Assembly (NCBI GenBank): GCA_963676565.1
Contig: OY781089.1
Span: 3,264,001-3,328,000 of the forward strand
Reading direction: 5' to 3'
Source of the DNA: Halarcobacter sp.
GTDB taxonomy: Bacteria > Campylobacterota > Campylobacteria > Campylobacterales > Arcobacteraceae
Length of the DNA stretch: 64,000 nt
Shown here: positions 45,088 to 58,848 of the stretch, piece by piece
Layout of the letters: each line of letters opens with the position of its first letter
Position numbering within the stretch: position 1 is the stretch's first letter
Translations under genes and position numbers: made by a program
Notes under the pieces: generated by a model
What the model was told of the DNA's origin: nothing
Seen by the model: the letters and a program-made list of their open reading frames with translations, nothing else
Databases searched by the model: none

Positions 45088-45119
45088 AAAAAGGCTAGTC
45101 TAAATAGACTAGCCTTTTT
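45088..45119. terminator. Bidirectional intrinsic terminator
   Basis: AAAAAGGCTAGTCTA-AA-TAGACTAGCCTTTTT. Confidence 0.85.
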
Positions 45120-45138
45120 AATTTCTATTCTTAAATTA

Positions 45139-46566
45139 TTAACAAGAATAAGTTGATTTAAACTCGAATGCAGTTGGTCTAGCTTCGTCTGGCCAAACTT
45201 GTGTTTCAAATTTATAATGTTGATATGTATCAATCATATCTTGTGAGAATACAGGTTGTAAGAACTCATTATCTCTAATTAATGCTTCTAATGAACCTCT
45301 TAATGTATGAGGCATTTGAGGAATTTTTCTCTCTCTAATTTCATCTAATTCTAATTCAAATAAATCGTCATCCATTGGACCAACAGGTTCATATTTATTA
45401 TTAATTCCATCAAGACCAGCCATTAACATAGCAGCAAATGCTAAATATGGGCAAGCAGTTGAATCTGGGAATCTCATCTCAATTCTTGTTGCCATTTCAC
45501 CTGCACCATAAGGAATTCTACAAGATGCAGATCTGTTTTGTGAAGAATAAGTTAAAATTGAAGGAGCTTCAAATCCTGGAATTAATCTTTTGTATGAGTT
45601 TGTTGAAGGATTTGTGAATGCTGCAACAGCTCTTGCATGTTTAAATACACCACCAATATAGTGTCTTGCAGTTTCACTTAAGTTACCATATTCACCTTCA
45701 GAATAGAATGTATTTTTACCATCTTTCCATACAGATTGGTGTACGTGCATTCCGTTTCCATTATCTCCAAATAGTGGTTTTGGCATAAATGTACAAGATT
45801 TACCATTTAAGTGAGCTACCATTTTACATACATATTTATATTTTTGTACGTTGTCTGCTGCTTCAACTAGAGTTCCAAATTTAACTCCAATTTCACCTTG
45901 TGCTTGAGCAACTTCGTGGTGTCCTAAAGTAACTTCTAATCCAACTTGCTCTAATACTTGCATCATTTCTGCTCTTAAGTCTACCATTGAGTCAGTTGGT
46001 TGAACTGGGAAATATCCACCTTTAGTTCTAGGTCTATGACCCATATTACCACCTTCATAATCAGTAGCATCTGACCAACAACCCTCTTCTGAATCTACTC
46101 TATAATAAGATTCATTGATATCATCAACAATTTTTACATCATCAAAAATAAAGAATTCATTTTCAGGTCCAAAATATGCTACGTCTCCTAATCCAGACTC
46201 AGAAAGATGAGTTAATGCTTTTTTAGCAATTGATCTTGGACATTTTTCATACATTTCACCTTTGTAGATATCATAAACATCACAAAATAAAATAATTGTA
46301 GAATCAGCAGTAAATGGATCTAAGAAAGCAGTTTCAACATCTGGCTTTAAAATCATATCTGATTTGTTAATTGGTTGCCAAGCATCAACAGAAGAACCAT
46401 CAAATGGCATACCATTTTCTAACATTTTTTCATCAATAGCACTTAACATATAAGTTAAGTGATGCCACATACCTTTCATATCTGTAAATCTAAGATCTAC
46501 AAATTTAACTTCGTTTTCCTCACAATATTTGAAAAATTCTTCAGTATTGTTAACAAATTTACCCAT
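45139..46566 (-). CDS. glnA: Glutamine synthetase type I
   Basis: [31 protein letters not shown]. Confidence 0.97.
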   Translation of the reverse strand: MGKFVNNTEEFFKYCEENEVKFVDLRFTDMKGMWHHLTYMLSAIDEKMLENGMPFDGSSVDAWQPINKSDMILKPDVETAFLDPFTADSTIILFCDVYDIYKGEMYEKCPRSIAKKALTHLSESGLGDVAYFGPENEFFIFDDVKIVDDINESYYRVDSEEGCWSDATDYEGGNMGHRPRTKGGYFPVQPTDSMVDLRAEMMQVLEQVGLEVTLGHHEVAQAQGEIGVKFGTLVEAADNVQKYKYVCKMVAHLNGKSCTFMPKPLFGDNGNGMHVHQSVWKDGKNTFYSEGEYGNLSETARHYIGGVFKHARAVAAFTNPSTNSYKRLIPGFEAPSILTYSSQNRSASCRIPYGAGEMATRIEMRFPDSTACPYLAFAAMLMAGLDGINNKYEPVGPMDDDLFELELDEIRERKIPQMPHTLRGSLEALIRDNEFLQPVFSQDMIDTYQHYKFETQVWPDEARPTAFEFKSTYSC

Positions 46567-46688
46567 GTTTTAAACTCCTATAAAATTATTAGGAATATTG
46601 TATCCAAATAAAAGAAAACTAAGATAAATTATCTGTATAAAAAATATACAAAGAAATATTTTTTATAATATTTTTTCAACTAATATGT

Positions 46689-47483
46689 CTAAAAATTAAC
46701 TAACTTTATATCTCTATTTTTGAAGATTGCACATTGTTTATAACCTATATTTTGTGCAATTTTTATCACTTCATCATATTTAAAACCAATTTGGTCAATA
46801 CTATGTGCATCTGAAGAGAAAGTTATTGGTATGTTAAGTTCAAATGCCAGTTCTAATAAATCATAAGATGGGTATTGTTCTTTTACTGGTTTTCTAAGTC
46901 CAGCGGCATTAATTTCAATAACCATATTTGATTTTTTTATTTCAGCCATTGCGTCTTGTGCAAGAAGTTTTATATCTTTTGTGGGAAGAAAGTTAAATAC
47001 TTTTATTAAATCTAAGTGACCAACAATGTCAAATTTTCCAGATTTTGCAAGAAGTTTTAAAGCGTAAAAATATTCTTCCCAAATTTTATTAATATCTCTA
47101 TTTTTGTATTCAGAAATAAACTCAGGATTATCAAATCCCCATTTCCCAAGATAATGAACAGAACCAATTAAATAGTCAACCTTTGAATTAATCACCTCAT
47201 CTAAAAGATAATCACCCTCAATAAAGTCAACTTCATAACCAAGTAAAATATTGATTTGATTTTCATATTTCTTTTTAATATCTATAATAGAAGATTCATA
47301 AAAATCTTTTTTTTCAATTACTAATCTATATCCATCTTCAAAATTCTTCATTGGTGCATGTTCAGAAAAACCATAAAAATCTATTCCTAAATCTATAGCT
47401 TTTTGAACATACTCTTCAATTGAACCTTGGGCATGATTACATAGTGTAGTATGGTTATGAAGATCTACTCTAAATTTTTCCAT
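46689..47483 (-). CDS. hisJ: Histidinol-phosphatase, PHP family
   Basis: DLHNHT, SEHAP, GHLD, SDAH. Confidence 0.8.
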   Translation of the reverse strand: MEKFRVDLHNHTTLCNHAQGSIEEYVQKAIDLGIDFYGFSEHAPMKNFEDGYRLVIEKKDFYESSIIDIKKKYENQINILLGYEVDFIEGDYLLDEVINSKVDYLIGSVHYLGKWGFDNPEFISEYKNRDINKIWEEYFYALKLLAKSGKFDIVGHLDLIKVFNFLPTKDIKLLAQDAMAEIKKSNMVIEINAAGLRKPVKEQYPSYDLLELAFELNIPITFSSDAHSIDQIGFKYDEVIKIAQNIGYKQCAIFKNRDIKLVNF

Positions 47484-47491
47484 TAATTATC

Positions 47492-47938
47492 CTAGTTTAG
47501 TAAGCCTGCACCATTAATTGCTGTACTTCTATCTTTTGCATATACTCTTTTTCCATCAATAATGTCATATTTCCAAATGGGAGCAGCAGCTTTAAAATCT
47601 TCAACAAACTCATCAATCATTTCTAAAGCAACTCTTCGTTTAGGTGAACAAACAGCAGCTATATATGAACTTTCATGGTTTAATACATCTCCCCTACTAT
47701 GAGCCATTAAAACTATTGCATTTTTTTCATTCGCTTTTTTTTGCCATGAATCAAACCAAGATTGTAAAATTGGTTCATAAATATCAAAACTTAAACCATC
47801 AATTCCATTCTCATCTCTTACAACACCATTAAATGTAATAATTGCTCCAAAATTAGAATTTTTAAATTCATCAAACCATTGTGAATTTATCTTATTTACA
47901 TCAAGTGGACCATCACAAAGAATTAGTTTATCTTCCAT
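47492..47938 (-). CDS. moaE: Molybdopterin synthase catalytic subunit
   Basis: FNGVVR, KAAAPIWK; start ATG 47938. Confidence 0.9.
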   Translation of the reverse strand: MEDKLILCDGPLDVNKINSQWFDEFKNSNFGAIITFNGVVRDENGIDGLSFDIYEPILQSWFDSWQKKANEKNAIVLMAHSRGDVLNHESSYIAAVCSPKRRVALEMIDEFVEDFKAAAPIWKYDIIDGKRVYAKDRSTAINGAGLLN

Positions 47939-47939
47939 T

Positions 47940-48161
47940 TTATCCACCACATACAGGAGGAAGTAAAGATACTTTGTCACCATCATTCAAAGAAATATCT
48001 TTTGAAGAAACCATAGTATCATTAACTGCCACAGCACAAGTTTCTAACCATGTTGAAACCTCACTATCACTTTTCAATATTTCACTTAACTCAACAAGAT
48101 TTTTTATCTCTACTTTAATAGGCTCTTTATTTATTGGTCCTAAAAATTCTACAGTTACCAA
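47940..48161 (-). CDS. moaD: Molybdopterin synthase sulfur carrier
   Basis: C-terminal LPPVCGG. Confidence 0.92.
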   Translation of the reverse strand: MVTVEFLGPINKEPIKVEIKNLVELSEILKSDSEVSTWLETCAVAVNDTMVSSKDISLNDGDKVSLLPPVCGG

Positions 48162-48231
48162 ATTAACCCCTTATTTACATATTTTGGAGTATTATATCGA
48201 ATTTAATTTAATCTAAGGATGACACAAGTCA

Positions 48232-48891
48232 ATGAAATTTGCTAAAATAGATTTTATAAACCTTTTACCTTTTCACATATATATTAAGAAAAGAATTCAA
48301 TCAAGTCAAGTTAAATCAATAATTCAATATAAAAAATCTTACCCATCGTATATAAATAAAAAGTTCAAAACTAGAAAAGTTGATTCTGCATTTATCTCAT
48401 CAATTGCATCAAGGGGAGAAAAAAAATTAGACCTTGGAATTATTGCAAGAAAAGATGTACAATCAGTTATTGTAGTCCCAGGGAAGAAAAAAGATGATTA
48501 CCAAAGTGAAACCTCAAATGCTTTAGCAAAAATTTTAAAACTTGAAGGTCAAGTTTTAATTGGAGATAAAGCATTAAAGTTTTTTCATGATAATCCAGAT
48601 GTTGAAGTGATTGACCTTGCAATAGCATGGCAAAATAAATATAATTTGCCATTTGTTTTTGCAACACTATGTTATTGCAAAAATAGAAAAATACTAGAAA
48701 AAATTATTCGTAACTTTAATAAAAAACATATTAAAATTCCGCAATATATTTTAGAGCAATACTCCAAAAGATCTGGTGTCTCAAAAAAACACATAATTGA
48801 ATACCTAAAAAGAATTGATTATGATATTGGTATAAAAGAGAAAAGAGCACTTAAAAAGTTTTTGAGTTTAGCCAAAAAAGAAGGGATTTAA
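48232..48891 (+). CDS. mqnA: Chorismate dehydratase MqnA (futalosine pathway)
   Basis: [22 protein letters not shown]. Confidence 0.8.
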   Translation: MKFAKIDFINLLPFHIYIKKRIQSSQVKSIIQYKKSYPSYINKKFKTRKVDSAFISSIASRGEKKLDLGIIARKDVQSVIVVPGKKKDDYQSETSNALAKILKLEGQVLIGDKALKFFHDNPDVEVIDLAIAWQNKYNLPFVFATLCYCKNRKILEKIIRNFNKKHIKIPQYILEQYSKRSGVSKKHIIEYLKRIDYDIGIKEKRALKKFLSLAKKEGI

Positions 48892-49658
48892 TGACATTTT
48901 ATGACTCAATTATATTAGGTATTATTGAAGGTGTTACAGAGTTTTTACCAATTTCATCAACTGGACATTTGATTGTTGCAAGTGAATTTCTTGGAATTGA
49001 CCAAACAAATGTAAATAAAGCTTATGAAGTAATTATTCAATTTGCTGCTATTTTAGCAGTAATATTAAACTATCCATCAAAGTTTACTTTTAAACATATT
49101 GATCTTTGGACAAAAGTTTTAATTGCATTTTTACCAATTGCAGCTATCGGATTTATTTTTTCAAAACAAGTTAAGGCTATGTTTTCCCTTGAAATTGTAG
49201 CAGTTATGTTTATAGTTGGGGGAATTGTCTTTTTAATAGTTGAAAAATTTTATGATGAATCAAAACACACTACAAGTGATGTTGAAGATGTAACATACAA
49301 ACAATCATTATATATTGGACTTGCTCAAATTTTTGCATTAATACCTGGTACATCAAGAGCTGGGTCTTCAATAATTGGAGCGATGTTAGTAGGACTAAAT
49401 AGAAAAGCAAGTGCTGAATTTAGTTTCTTACTTGCCTTTCCTGTAATGTGTGCAACTACAGGTTATGATTTATTAAAACACCATGAAGAATTACTTATTT
49501 CTGGGAATCTTTTAAATCTTGCAATTGGTTTTATTGTCTCTTTTATAGTTGCCTTTTTAGCGATTAAAGTATTCCTGAAATTCTTGGAAAATTTTACCTT
49601 TGTAGCCTTTGGTATCTATAGAATAATATTTGGTATTCTTTTATTAACTTTTGCTTAA
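48891..49658 (+). CDS. uppP: Undecaprenyl-diphosphatase
   Basis: [21 protein letters not shown]. Confidence 0.95.
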   Translation: MTFYDSIILGIIEGVTEFLPISSTGHLIVASEFLGIDQTNVNKAYEVIIQFAAILAVILNYPSKFTFKHIDLWTKVLIAFLPIAAIGFIFSKQVKAMFSLEIVAVMFIVGGIVFLIVEKFYDESKHTTSDVEDVTYKQSLYIGLAQIFALIPGTSRAGSSIIGAMLVGLNRKASAEFSFLLAFPVMCATTGYDLLKHHEELLISGNLLNLAIGFIVSFIVAFLAIKVFLKFLENFTFVAFGIYRIIFGILLLTFA

Positions 49659-50663
49659 TATATAATTCACAATTGACTCAGCTCCATTACAATGGATTGA
49701 GTCAACTAACCTTTTGCTAAGTTTAAAATTATCCTTTTTTAAAACATCAATTAAAACATCTTCAGTCAAATCATTTTCTCTACAAATATAGCAAAAATCT
49801 TTTTCTTCTAAGAATTTGGCATTTGTATATTGGTGGTCTTTTGCTGCATATGGATAAGGTATAAATAAAGTTGGTAGAGAGTTTGCACATAATTCCCATA
49901 ATGTTGAAGCCCCTGCCCTACTTACTGCAAAGTCTGCTTCATTCATTTTTTTTGAAAGTTCTTTTGTAAAAGCAAAAACATCTGCCTCTATTTCAAGTTT
50001 TTTATACTCTTCTTGTACTCTTTCAAAATCACTACTACCTGTTTGATGAATAATCTTTATTCCTATACTATTTAGTTTTAAAGCTGTTTTTAAAGCAAAG
50101 TTATTAATTGCATGTGCTCCTTGAGAGCCCCCTAAAAATATTATTGTTCTAAATTGATCTCTAATTCTAGCATTATCAAAAAACTCATTTGAAACAGGAT
50201 AATCTTTTATTACAGAATTAGGATCAAAAGATGAAAAAACTTCACTTGCAAATTTTGAAGTGATTTGATTTAATCTTCCCATTACTGAGTTTTGTTCATG
50301 GATATAAAGTTTGCAACCAAATGCTAAAATTGAAGCAAAGGTTGCAGGAGCTGCAGAAAAACCACCAACAGAAATCACAGTTCCAACATCATACTTATCA
50401 AAGATATCAAAACATCTATTCATGGCTTTTAAAATTGCAAAAAGTGATTTTATTTTTCCAAAACCTTTTTTATTTACTACACCCTTTGTATCTAAAAAAA
50501 ATGCTTTTTTTAATCTTTTGTCATTTTCAAACCATTGTTTATCTTGTCCATTTACTGAACCAATAAAAATTGGTTTTATTCCTCTATTTGAATACTCCTC
50601 GATTAAAGAGTCAGCAACTTTAAGATGCCCTCCTGTTCCACCACCTGTAATTACAACTCTCAT
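49644..50663 (-). CDS. murG: MurG glycosyltransferase
   Basis: GGGTGGH, HEQN, GGSQGA, RAGAST. Confidence 0.96.
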   Translation of the reverse strand: MRVVITGGGTGGHLKVADSLIEEYSNRGIKPIFIGSVNGQDKQWFENDKRLKKAFFLDTKGVVNKKGFGKIKSLFAILKAMNRCFDIFDKYDVGTVISVGGFSAAPATFASILAFGCKLYIHEQNSVMGRLNQITSKFASEVFSSFDPNSVIKDYPVSNEFFDNARIRDQFRTIIFLGGSQGAHAINNFALKTALKLNSIGIKIIHQTGSSDFERVQEEYKKLEIEADVFAFTKELSKKMNEADFAVSRAGASTLWELCANSLPTLFIPYPYAAKDHQYTNAKFLEEKDFCYICRENDLTEDVLIDVLKKDNFKLSKRLVDSIHCNGAESIVNYILSKS

Positions 50664-51899
50664 TTATTTATTAACCTTTTCCTTCAAATTTACAGACTTA
50701 CTTATTGATAACACAAGTCCAATAGCAATAGCCATAGAAAGCATTGATGAACCACCATAACTTAAAAGTGGTACTGCTATACCTTTAATTGGAATCATCC
50801 CTGAAATACCATATGAATTTATTAAAAATGCAATTATTATCATTAAAGCAATTCCAATTGTAAAAAGATGATAAATCTTATTATCAACCCTTCTACTTAT
50901 TTTAAAAATTCTTAATATAATTAAAAACATAATAGAAACAATAACTGCAAGACCTAAAAGCCCAATTTCTTCTGTAATACCTGCTAAAACAAAGTCAGTA
51001 TGTACCTCACTTAGAAACCCCAGCTTTAAATCCCCTAGTCCTAAACCTTGTCCAAAAATTCCACCATTGTGAATTGCATTTAAAGAGTGAGATACTTGAT
51101 ATGGTTCTGGTAATTCATCAATTCTTAAATAATTATCTGCCCAATCTGGCAAGATAGAAAGAATTTTATCTTGTACCATTGCCCACCAAGAATAGATTCT
51201 TTGTATCCTATGGGGAGCTGCTACAATTAAACCTATAAATCCAACAATACCTATAATACCTAAAGAAACAAAAACCTTATAACTTCTATTTGCAAAAATC
51301 AGTAATATAAATAAAATACCACCTAATAATGCAACTTGACCAAAATCTTTTTGTAAGAATGCAACTATAAATACTACAAGTAAGAAAGTAAGAAAATATG
51401 GTGCTAATAAAAGCATCTCTTGTTTTAAACCAATACGCCTAGGAACTTCAATCAATCTTCTATGAAAAGACCATGATAAAAAATATATAAAACCTATTTT
51501 AAAAAACTCAACAGGTGAAAGTGAAAATCCAGGTAATCTAATCCACCTATTTGCACCACCTGAAGCTGTTACTAATGAACTTGGAAGAACTGGCATAATT
51601 GACATAAGAACAAAAAATAAAATAAATAATCCCATACCAACTTTATTTACAATTTTGTCTGGATTAATTAAAGAAAATCCCCACATTATAAATATTGACA
51701 AAACACCAACAAAAAGCTGTCTTATAAAAAAGTGAAATTGATTGTATCCATAAAATTCCACAGTATATACCGTTAGTGAATATGAAAATATTATGCTAGT
51801 AATAATAAGTGAGGATACAAGTAAAAAAAGTACATAATCTGCTTCATGTAACTTCACTTTATTAATCTTATTTTTAATTTGATTTTTGTTAGAATGCAT
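50664..51899 (-). CDS. ftsW: SEDS peptidoglycan polymerase FtsW
   Basis: GANRWI, HTDF, PLLSYGGSS; upstream of murG. Confidence 0.9.
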   Translation of the reverse strand: MHSNKNQIKNKINKVKLHEADYVLFLLVSSLIITSIIFSYSLTVYTVEFYGYNQFHFFIRQLFVGVLSIFIMWGFSLINPDKIVNKVGMGLFILFFVLMSIMPVLPSSLVTASGGANRWIRLPGFSLSPVEFFKIGFIYFLSWSFHRRLIEVPRRIGLKQEMLLLAPYFLTFLLVVFIVAFLQKDFGQVALLGGILFILLIFANRSYKVFVSLGIIGIVGFIGLIVAAPHRIQRIYSWWAMVQDKILSILPDWADNYLRIDELPEPYQVSHSLNAIHNGGIFGQGLGLGDLKLGFLSEVHTDFVLAGITEEIGLLGLAVIVSIMFLIILRIFKISRRVDNKIYHLFTIGIALMIIIAFLINSYGISGMIPIKGIAVPLLSYGGSSMLSMAIAIGLVLSISKSVNLKEKVNK

Positions 51900-51927
51900 C
51901 TGCTATTATATTACATTATGGATAAAT

Positions 51928-53805
51928 ATGTCTTCAAAATTCATCGAAAAAGATAACAAAATCAAAAAAATTATGATTCTATTTTTTTTCATACTTTTTT
52001 TACTAATTATATTGCTAATTTCAATCTTTGATACAATGAAAAGTTTTAGGCAGTTACCCTCTTTAGAAACTTCAAAAAAAGAGTTATCAGTTAGAGGAGA
52101 TATAATAAGTAAAGATAACTTTAAAATTACTGCATCAAAGAAAATCTATAAAGCATCTATAGATACTAGACATCTTGACTTAAATAAAAAAGAATTATTT
52201 ATAAAATTATTTTCTATTTATAGTAATATCCCTTATTCAAAACTAGAAAAGAAAATTAATGAATCAATAAAAAATCCTGGGAATCTTGTATTATCTTATA
52301 ATATTGATTCAAAAACTGCAAAAAACTTAAAAGAGTTAGGATTTAAGCTTAGACGTCTAGGAGTTTTTATCTCTAGAAAAGTTCAAGGTGGAAAAATCCT
52401 AAGGGGTTTAAGTGTTATTGAAAGTGGAGAGAAAAGATTATATTCCTATGAAGATACGTTAACTCCTGTTGTTGGGTATATTACAAAATTTGAATCAAAA
52501 AACGGGAAAACAAAAGTAAAAGGAATTAAAGGTTTAGAAAAAAAATATGATGATTTGCTAAACAATTCAAAAGATGGAATATTAAGTGGGAATAGAGATG
52601 TATTATCGTATATATCTTTTAATAAAAATTCTACTATCAAACAAAGAGTTGATGGTGCGAACTTAGTATTAAATATCCCTTTAAAACTTCAAAAAAACAA
52701 TGAGATGATTCTTGATATCTATAAAGAGAAACTAAAAGCTCAAGAGATTATTGTTTCAATTATGGATAGTAAAACTGGTGAGATTATCTCTTTAGCTTCA
52801 TCTAATAGATTTAACCCAGAAAGAATTTATCAAAAAGACATACCTTCACTTAATGTTAATGCAATAGAATATCAATATGAACCAGGATCTGTTATAAAAC
52901 CTATTTCTATTGCACTTGTACTAGATAAAGGAAGAATAAAAAAAGATGAGTTATTGTTTGCATACAATACAAAAGGTCGTCCAAATAATAAAGGTGAATT
53001 TCCAAGGGGTAGATATAAATTAGGTAGATTTACAATTAAAGATGACCACCAATTTAAAAAGCACTATTTAACACTAGATGATATTGTAATATTTTCTTCA
53101 AATATTGGGACATTGCAATATGCCCAAAGATTATCTGGTCGTGAATTTTATGAGGGTATGAAAAAGTTTGGATTTACTAAAAAAACAGGTATAGATTTGC
53201 CCTATGAAAAAGTTGGAGTTATTCCAAAGGTTTGGCAATTTGCTGCAAATGATAAAAAAAATGAAGATAATGTATTTAAAGCAACAGTATCATATGGTCA
53301 AGGTATGACTGCAACTTTTATGCAAATTTTAAAGGCATATTCAGCCTTTAACAATGATGGGGTTATGGTAACACCTAAAATAGTTTCATATGTTGAAGTT
53401 GAAGGAAATAAATATATTGATAAAACTATTAAAAATGAACAAATAATATCTAAAAAAACAGCTGATGAAATAAAAAGACTTTTAATAAAAACAGTTAATG
53501 AAGGAACAGGTAAAGCTGCTAAAATTGAAGGTTTAGAAATTGGAGGGAAAACAGGAACTGCACAAATTGCAAGAAGAGGTAAGTATTTAAAAGAATATAT
53601 TTCATCATTTTTTGGTTTTGTAAATGATGGAGAAAATTCATATACAATTGGTGTTACCGTAATGGATCCAATTTCAACAGGAAAAAACTGGTATTACCAT
53701 TATGCCTCTTGGTCTGCTGTTCCAGTATTTAAAGAAGTTATTGATAATTTGGTAAAATTAAATTATCTAAGACCTAAAAATGATATAATTTCAAATCAAA
53801 AATAA
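51928..53805 (+). CDS. ftsI: Class B PBP (FtsI-like)
   Basis: RGDII, EPGSVIK, SSNIG, KTGTAQ; likely start ATG 51928. Confidence 0.85.
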   Translation: MSSKFIEKDNKIKKIMILFFFILFLLIILLISIFDTMKSFRQLPSLETSKKELSVRGDIISKDNFKITASKKIYKASIDTRHLDLNKKELFIKLFSIYSNIPYSKLEKKINESIKNPGNLVLSYNIDSKTAKNLKELGFKLRRLGVFISRKVQGGKILRGLSVIESGEKRLYSYEDTLTPVVGYITKFESKNGKTKVKGIKGLEKKYDDLLNNSKDGILSGNRDVLSYISFNKNSTIKQRVDGANLVLNIPLKLQKNNEMILDIYKEKLKAQEIIVSIMDSKTGEIISLASSNRFNPERIYQKDIPSLNVNAIEYQYEPGSVIKPISIALVLDKGRIKKDELLFAYNTKGRPNNKGEFPRGRYKLGRFTIKDDHQFKKHYLTLDDIVIFSSNIGTLQYAQRLSGREFYEGMKKFGFTKKTGIDLPYEKVGVIPKVWQFAANDKKNEDNVFKATVSYGQGMTATFMQILKAYSAFNNDGVMVTPKIVSYVEVEGNKYIDKTIKNEQIISKKTADEIKRLLIKTVNEGTGKAAKIEGLEIGGKTGTAQIARRGKYLKEYISSFFGFVNDGENSYTIGVTVMDPISTGKNWYYHYASWSAVPVFKEVIDNLVKLNYLRPKNDIISNQK

Positions 53806-53815
53806 AAGGAAAAAA

Positions 53816-54325
53816 ATGTTCGGATTCGGAAAAAAAGAATTAAAAGAGTATGATTATTCAAAAGAAGAATTAGCAAAATTCAATTATGCAAAGATTACAA
53901 CTGAAAAAGGTGTAATATTTATAAAACTATTTAATAAAGAAACACCTAATACAGTTTCAAATTTTGCTACACTTGCAAATGACGGTTTTTATAATAACTT
54001 AAACTTCCATAGAGTTATTCCAGGTTTTATGGCACAAGGTGGATGTCCTGAAGGTTCAGGTATGGGTGGTCCCGATTGGGCTATTGCTTGTGAAACAGAT
54101 GCTCCTAAACAAGTACATAATAAAGGTTCTTTATCTATGGCTCATGCAGGTCCAAATACTGGAGGGAGTCAATTTTTTATTTGTTTTGATTCACAACCAC
54201 ATCTAGATAGACAACATACTGTTTTTGGTGAAATAGAAGCTGATGATACTGATAGTTTTGAAGTTTTAGATAGCATTAGACAAAATGATAAAATAGAATC
54301 TATAGAAATCTTAGAGAAGAGATAA
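53816..54325 (+). CDS. ppiB: Cyclophilin-type peptidyl-prolyl isomerase
   Basis: FHRVIPGFMAQGG, SMAHAG, SQFFI. Confidence 0.9.
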   Translation: MFGFGKKELKEYDYSKEELAKFNYAKITTEKGVIFIKLFNKETPNTVSNFATLANDGFYNNLNFHRVIPGFMAQGGCPEGSGMGGPDWAIACETDAPKQVHNKGSLSMAHAGPNTGGSQFFICFDSQPHLDRQHTVFGEIEADDTDSFEVLDSIRQNDKIESIEILEKR

Positions 54326-54331
54326 TATAAC

Positions 54332-54361
54332 TTTTAAGGCAAGTAATAAACTTGTCTTAAA
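54332..54361. terminator. Hairpin terminator between convergent genes
   Basis: TTTAAGGCAAGT-AATAA-ACTTGTCTTAAA. Confidence 0.65.
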
Positions 54362-54378
54362 CAGTAAATTTAATTAAT

Positions 54379-54507
54379 TCAAAATTTATATTGAACACCA
54401 ATAACGTGACCTTCTAACATAATATAAAACTTATTTTCGTCTTTTTTATCAGCTACTAATGTAACTCCAAAAGAATTATGTTTATCTATCATATGATTAA
54501 AATCCAT
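54379..54507 (-). CDS. 42-aa small protein (not in ORF track)
   Basis: MDFNHMIDKHNSFGVTLVADKKDENKFYIMLEGHVIGVQYKF; perfect SD AAGGAGGT 7 nt upstream; TATAAT at 54539-54544. Confidence 0.7.
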   Translation of the reverse strand: MDFNHMIDKHNSFGVTLVADKKDENKFYIMLEGHVIGVQYKF

Positions 54508-54670
54508 TTTTTTTACCTCCTTATAAATATATAAATACATTATATACTAATTTTATTACAATTAGATTACTATATAGCATATTTTTTAAACAATTATAAA
54601 GAAAAGTATTAAATATATATTTTATAACTTTTTCTATGATACAATTTATAAAAATTAATTAAGTATAATA

Positions 54671-55417
54671 ATGACACTATTAAAAAATGATATTAACATA
54701 CCTTTAAATAATGAAATTGTAAACATTCAAATTGAAGAAAATGATTACATAAAAATCAATGAGTATGTGAGATTTTTTGAACCTAAACTAGAATTAGGCT
54801 CTTTAATATTAATAGATGATAATAAACAAATTAAAATAGAAAATATAACTAATGTTTTAAACTCATCAGATGCTAGAGTTGTTTTTAATGACTTTGTCGT
54901 TGATTCCATGGATCAATTATTCGAATTAGTTAAACACTCATTAGATAGTAGTTTTAGTATTGATTTTAATGATATTATCAATGATAATGATGATGATTTT
55001 ACCCTAAACTTATTTGAAAATGCAGAAGAAATTCGAGATGAACAAAATACTCAAAAAATTGAAGTTGAATTAGAAAAAGACAATAATAACTTACTAATTG
55101 TTATATATACAAATTCAATAGATTCTATACTAACCTTTCCACTAATTTATGCAAAAGAATCTATGTTAAATAATAGATGGAATAATATCAATATATTATT
55201 TTGGGATATAGCTGTTAATTGTATTATTGAATCTGAAAAAATTAAAACAGAAATAGAAGAATTAAAAAAATATCAAATTAAATTTAATTACACACTTAAT
55301 CAACAAAATGAACAAACTAGTTCATATCTAAAAGATTTAGATATTAAACATCTAATAGGAGAGGAGTTGTTAAGTTCAGCGTTAAGATCAAATAGATGGA
55401 CAGTAATGAGTATATAG
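54671..55417 (+). CDS. Hypothetical protein: acidic N-terminal region plus degenerate DsrE-like C-terminal domain
   Basis: LLIVIYT...LIYAKES...WNNINILFW...GEELLSSALRSNRWTVMSI. Confidence 0.55.
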   Translation: MTLLKNDINIPLNNEIVNIQIEENDYIKINEYVRFFEPKLELGSLILIDDNKQIKIENITNVLNSSDARVVFNDFVVDSMDQLFELVKHSLDSSFSIDFNDIINDNDDDFTLNLFENAEEIRDEQNTQKIEVELEKDNNNLLIVIYTNSIDSILTFPLIYAKESMLNNRWNNINILFWDIAVNCIIESEKIKTEIEELKKYQIKFNYTLNQQNEQTSSYLKDLDIKHLIGEELLSSALRSNRWTVMSI

Positions 55418-55564
55418 AATTAATTTTAATGGATATGAGATACATTAATAACCTTGTTGATGAGAAGAAGGTAGCAAATAGTAAAAACTAATTACGAGAA
55501 TATAAAAAAGATAAGAAGTAAAAATAAAAAAGATAAAGATTATGAGGGGGAAAAGGCTAAAAAA

Positions 55565-55654
55565 AAAGCTTCACCCAGATCAACTAAAAAAAGTTAACTA
55601 GAATGAAGCTTCAGAATTTGTCCCTGAAAAAGATGATAATCTTTTTTAGTACAA
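55565..55654 (-). terminator. rRNA operon terminator hairpins
   Basis: AAGCTTCA..TGAAGCTT and AAAAAGAT..ATCTTTTT inverted repeats downstream of 5S. Confidence 0.5.
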
Positions 55655-55667
55655 ATATATACTCAAG

Positions 55668-55785
55668 AGCTGGCAGCGGCCTACGTTTCCACAAGGGGAC
55701 CCTGCAGTATTATCAGCGCAGAAGTGCTTGACTTCCAGGTTCGGAATGGAGCTGGGTATTTCCACTTCGCTAAAACCACCAGCAA
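55668..55785 (-). rRNA. rrf: 5S rRNA (ends approximate)
   Basis: Conserved CCATTCCGAACCTGGAAGTCAAG; terminal helix GCTGGTGG/CTGCCAGC. Confidence 0.93.
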
Positions 55786-55970
55786 TATGAGTAAAGAAAG
55801 TAATTAGTAATTGGTTACTAGTAATTAGTAACGTTACTCTCTTTACTCACATTAGGTTCTATGAGTTTTAAAAGTTAAATGTTAAAAGTCTTTGCGTTAT
55901 TGCTAACGTCTTACACAATTTGTATTAAATGCTATACATTTAATAAGATAGTAAACCAAGAAATATATAA

Positions 55971-58848
<2,878 letters not shown>

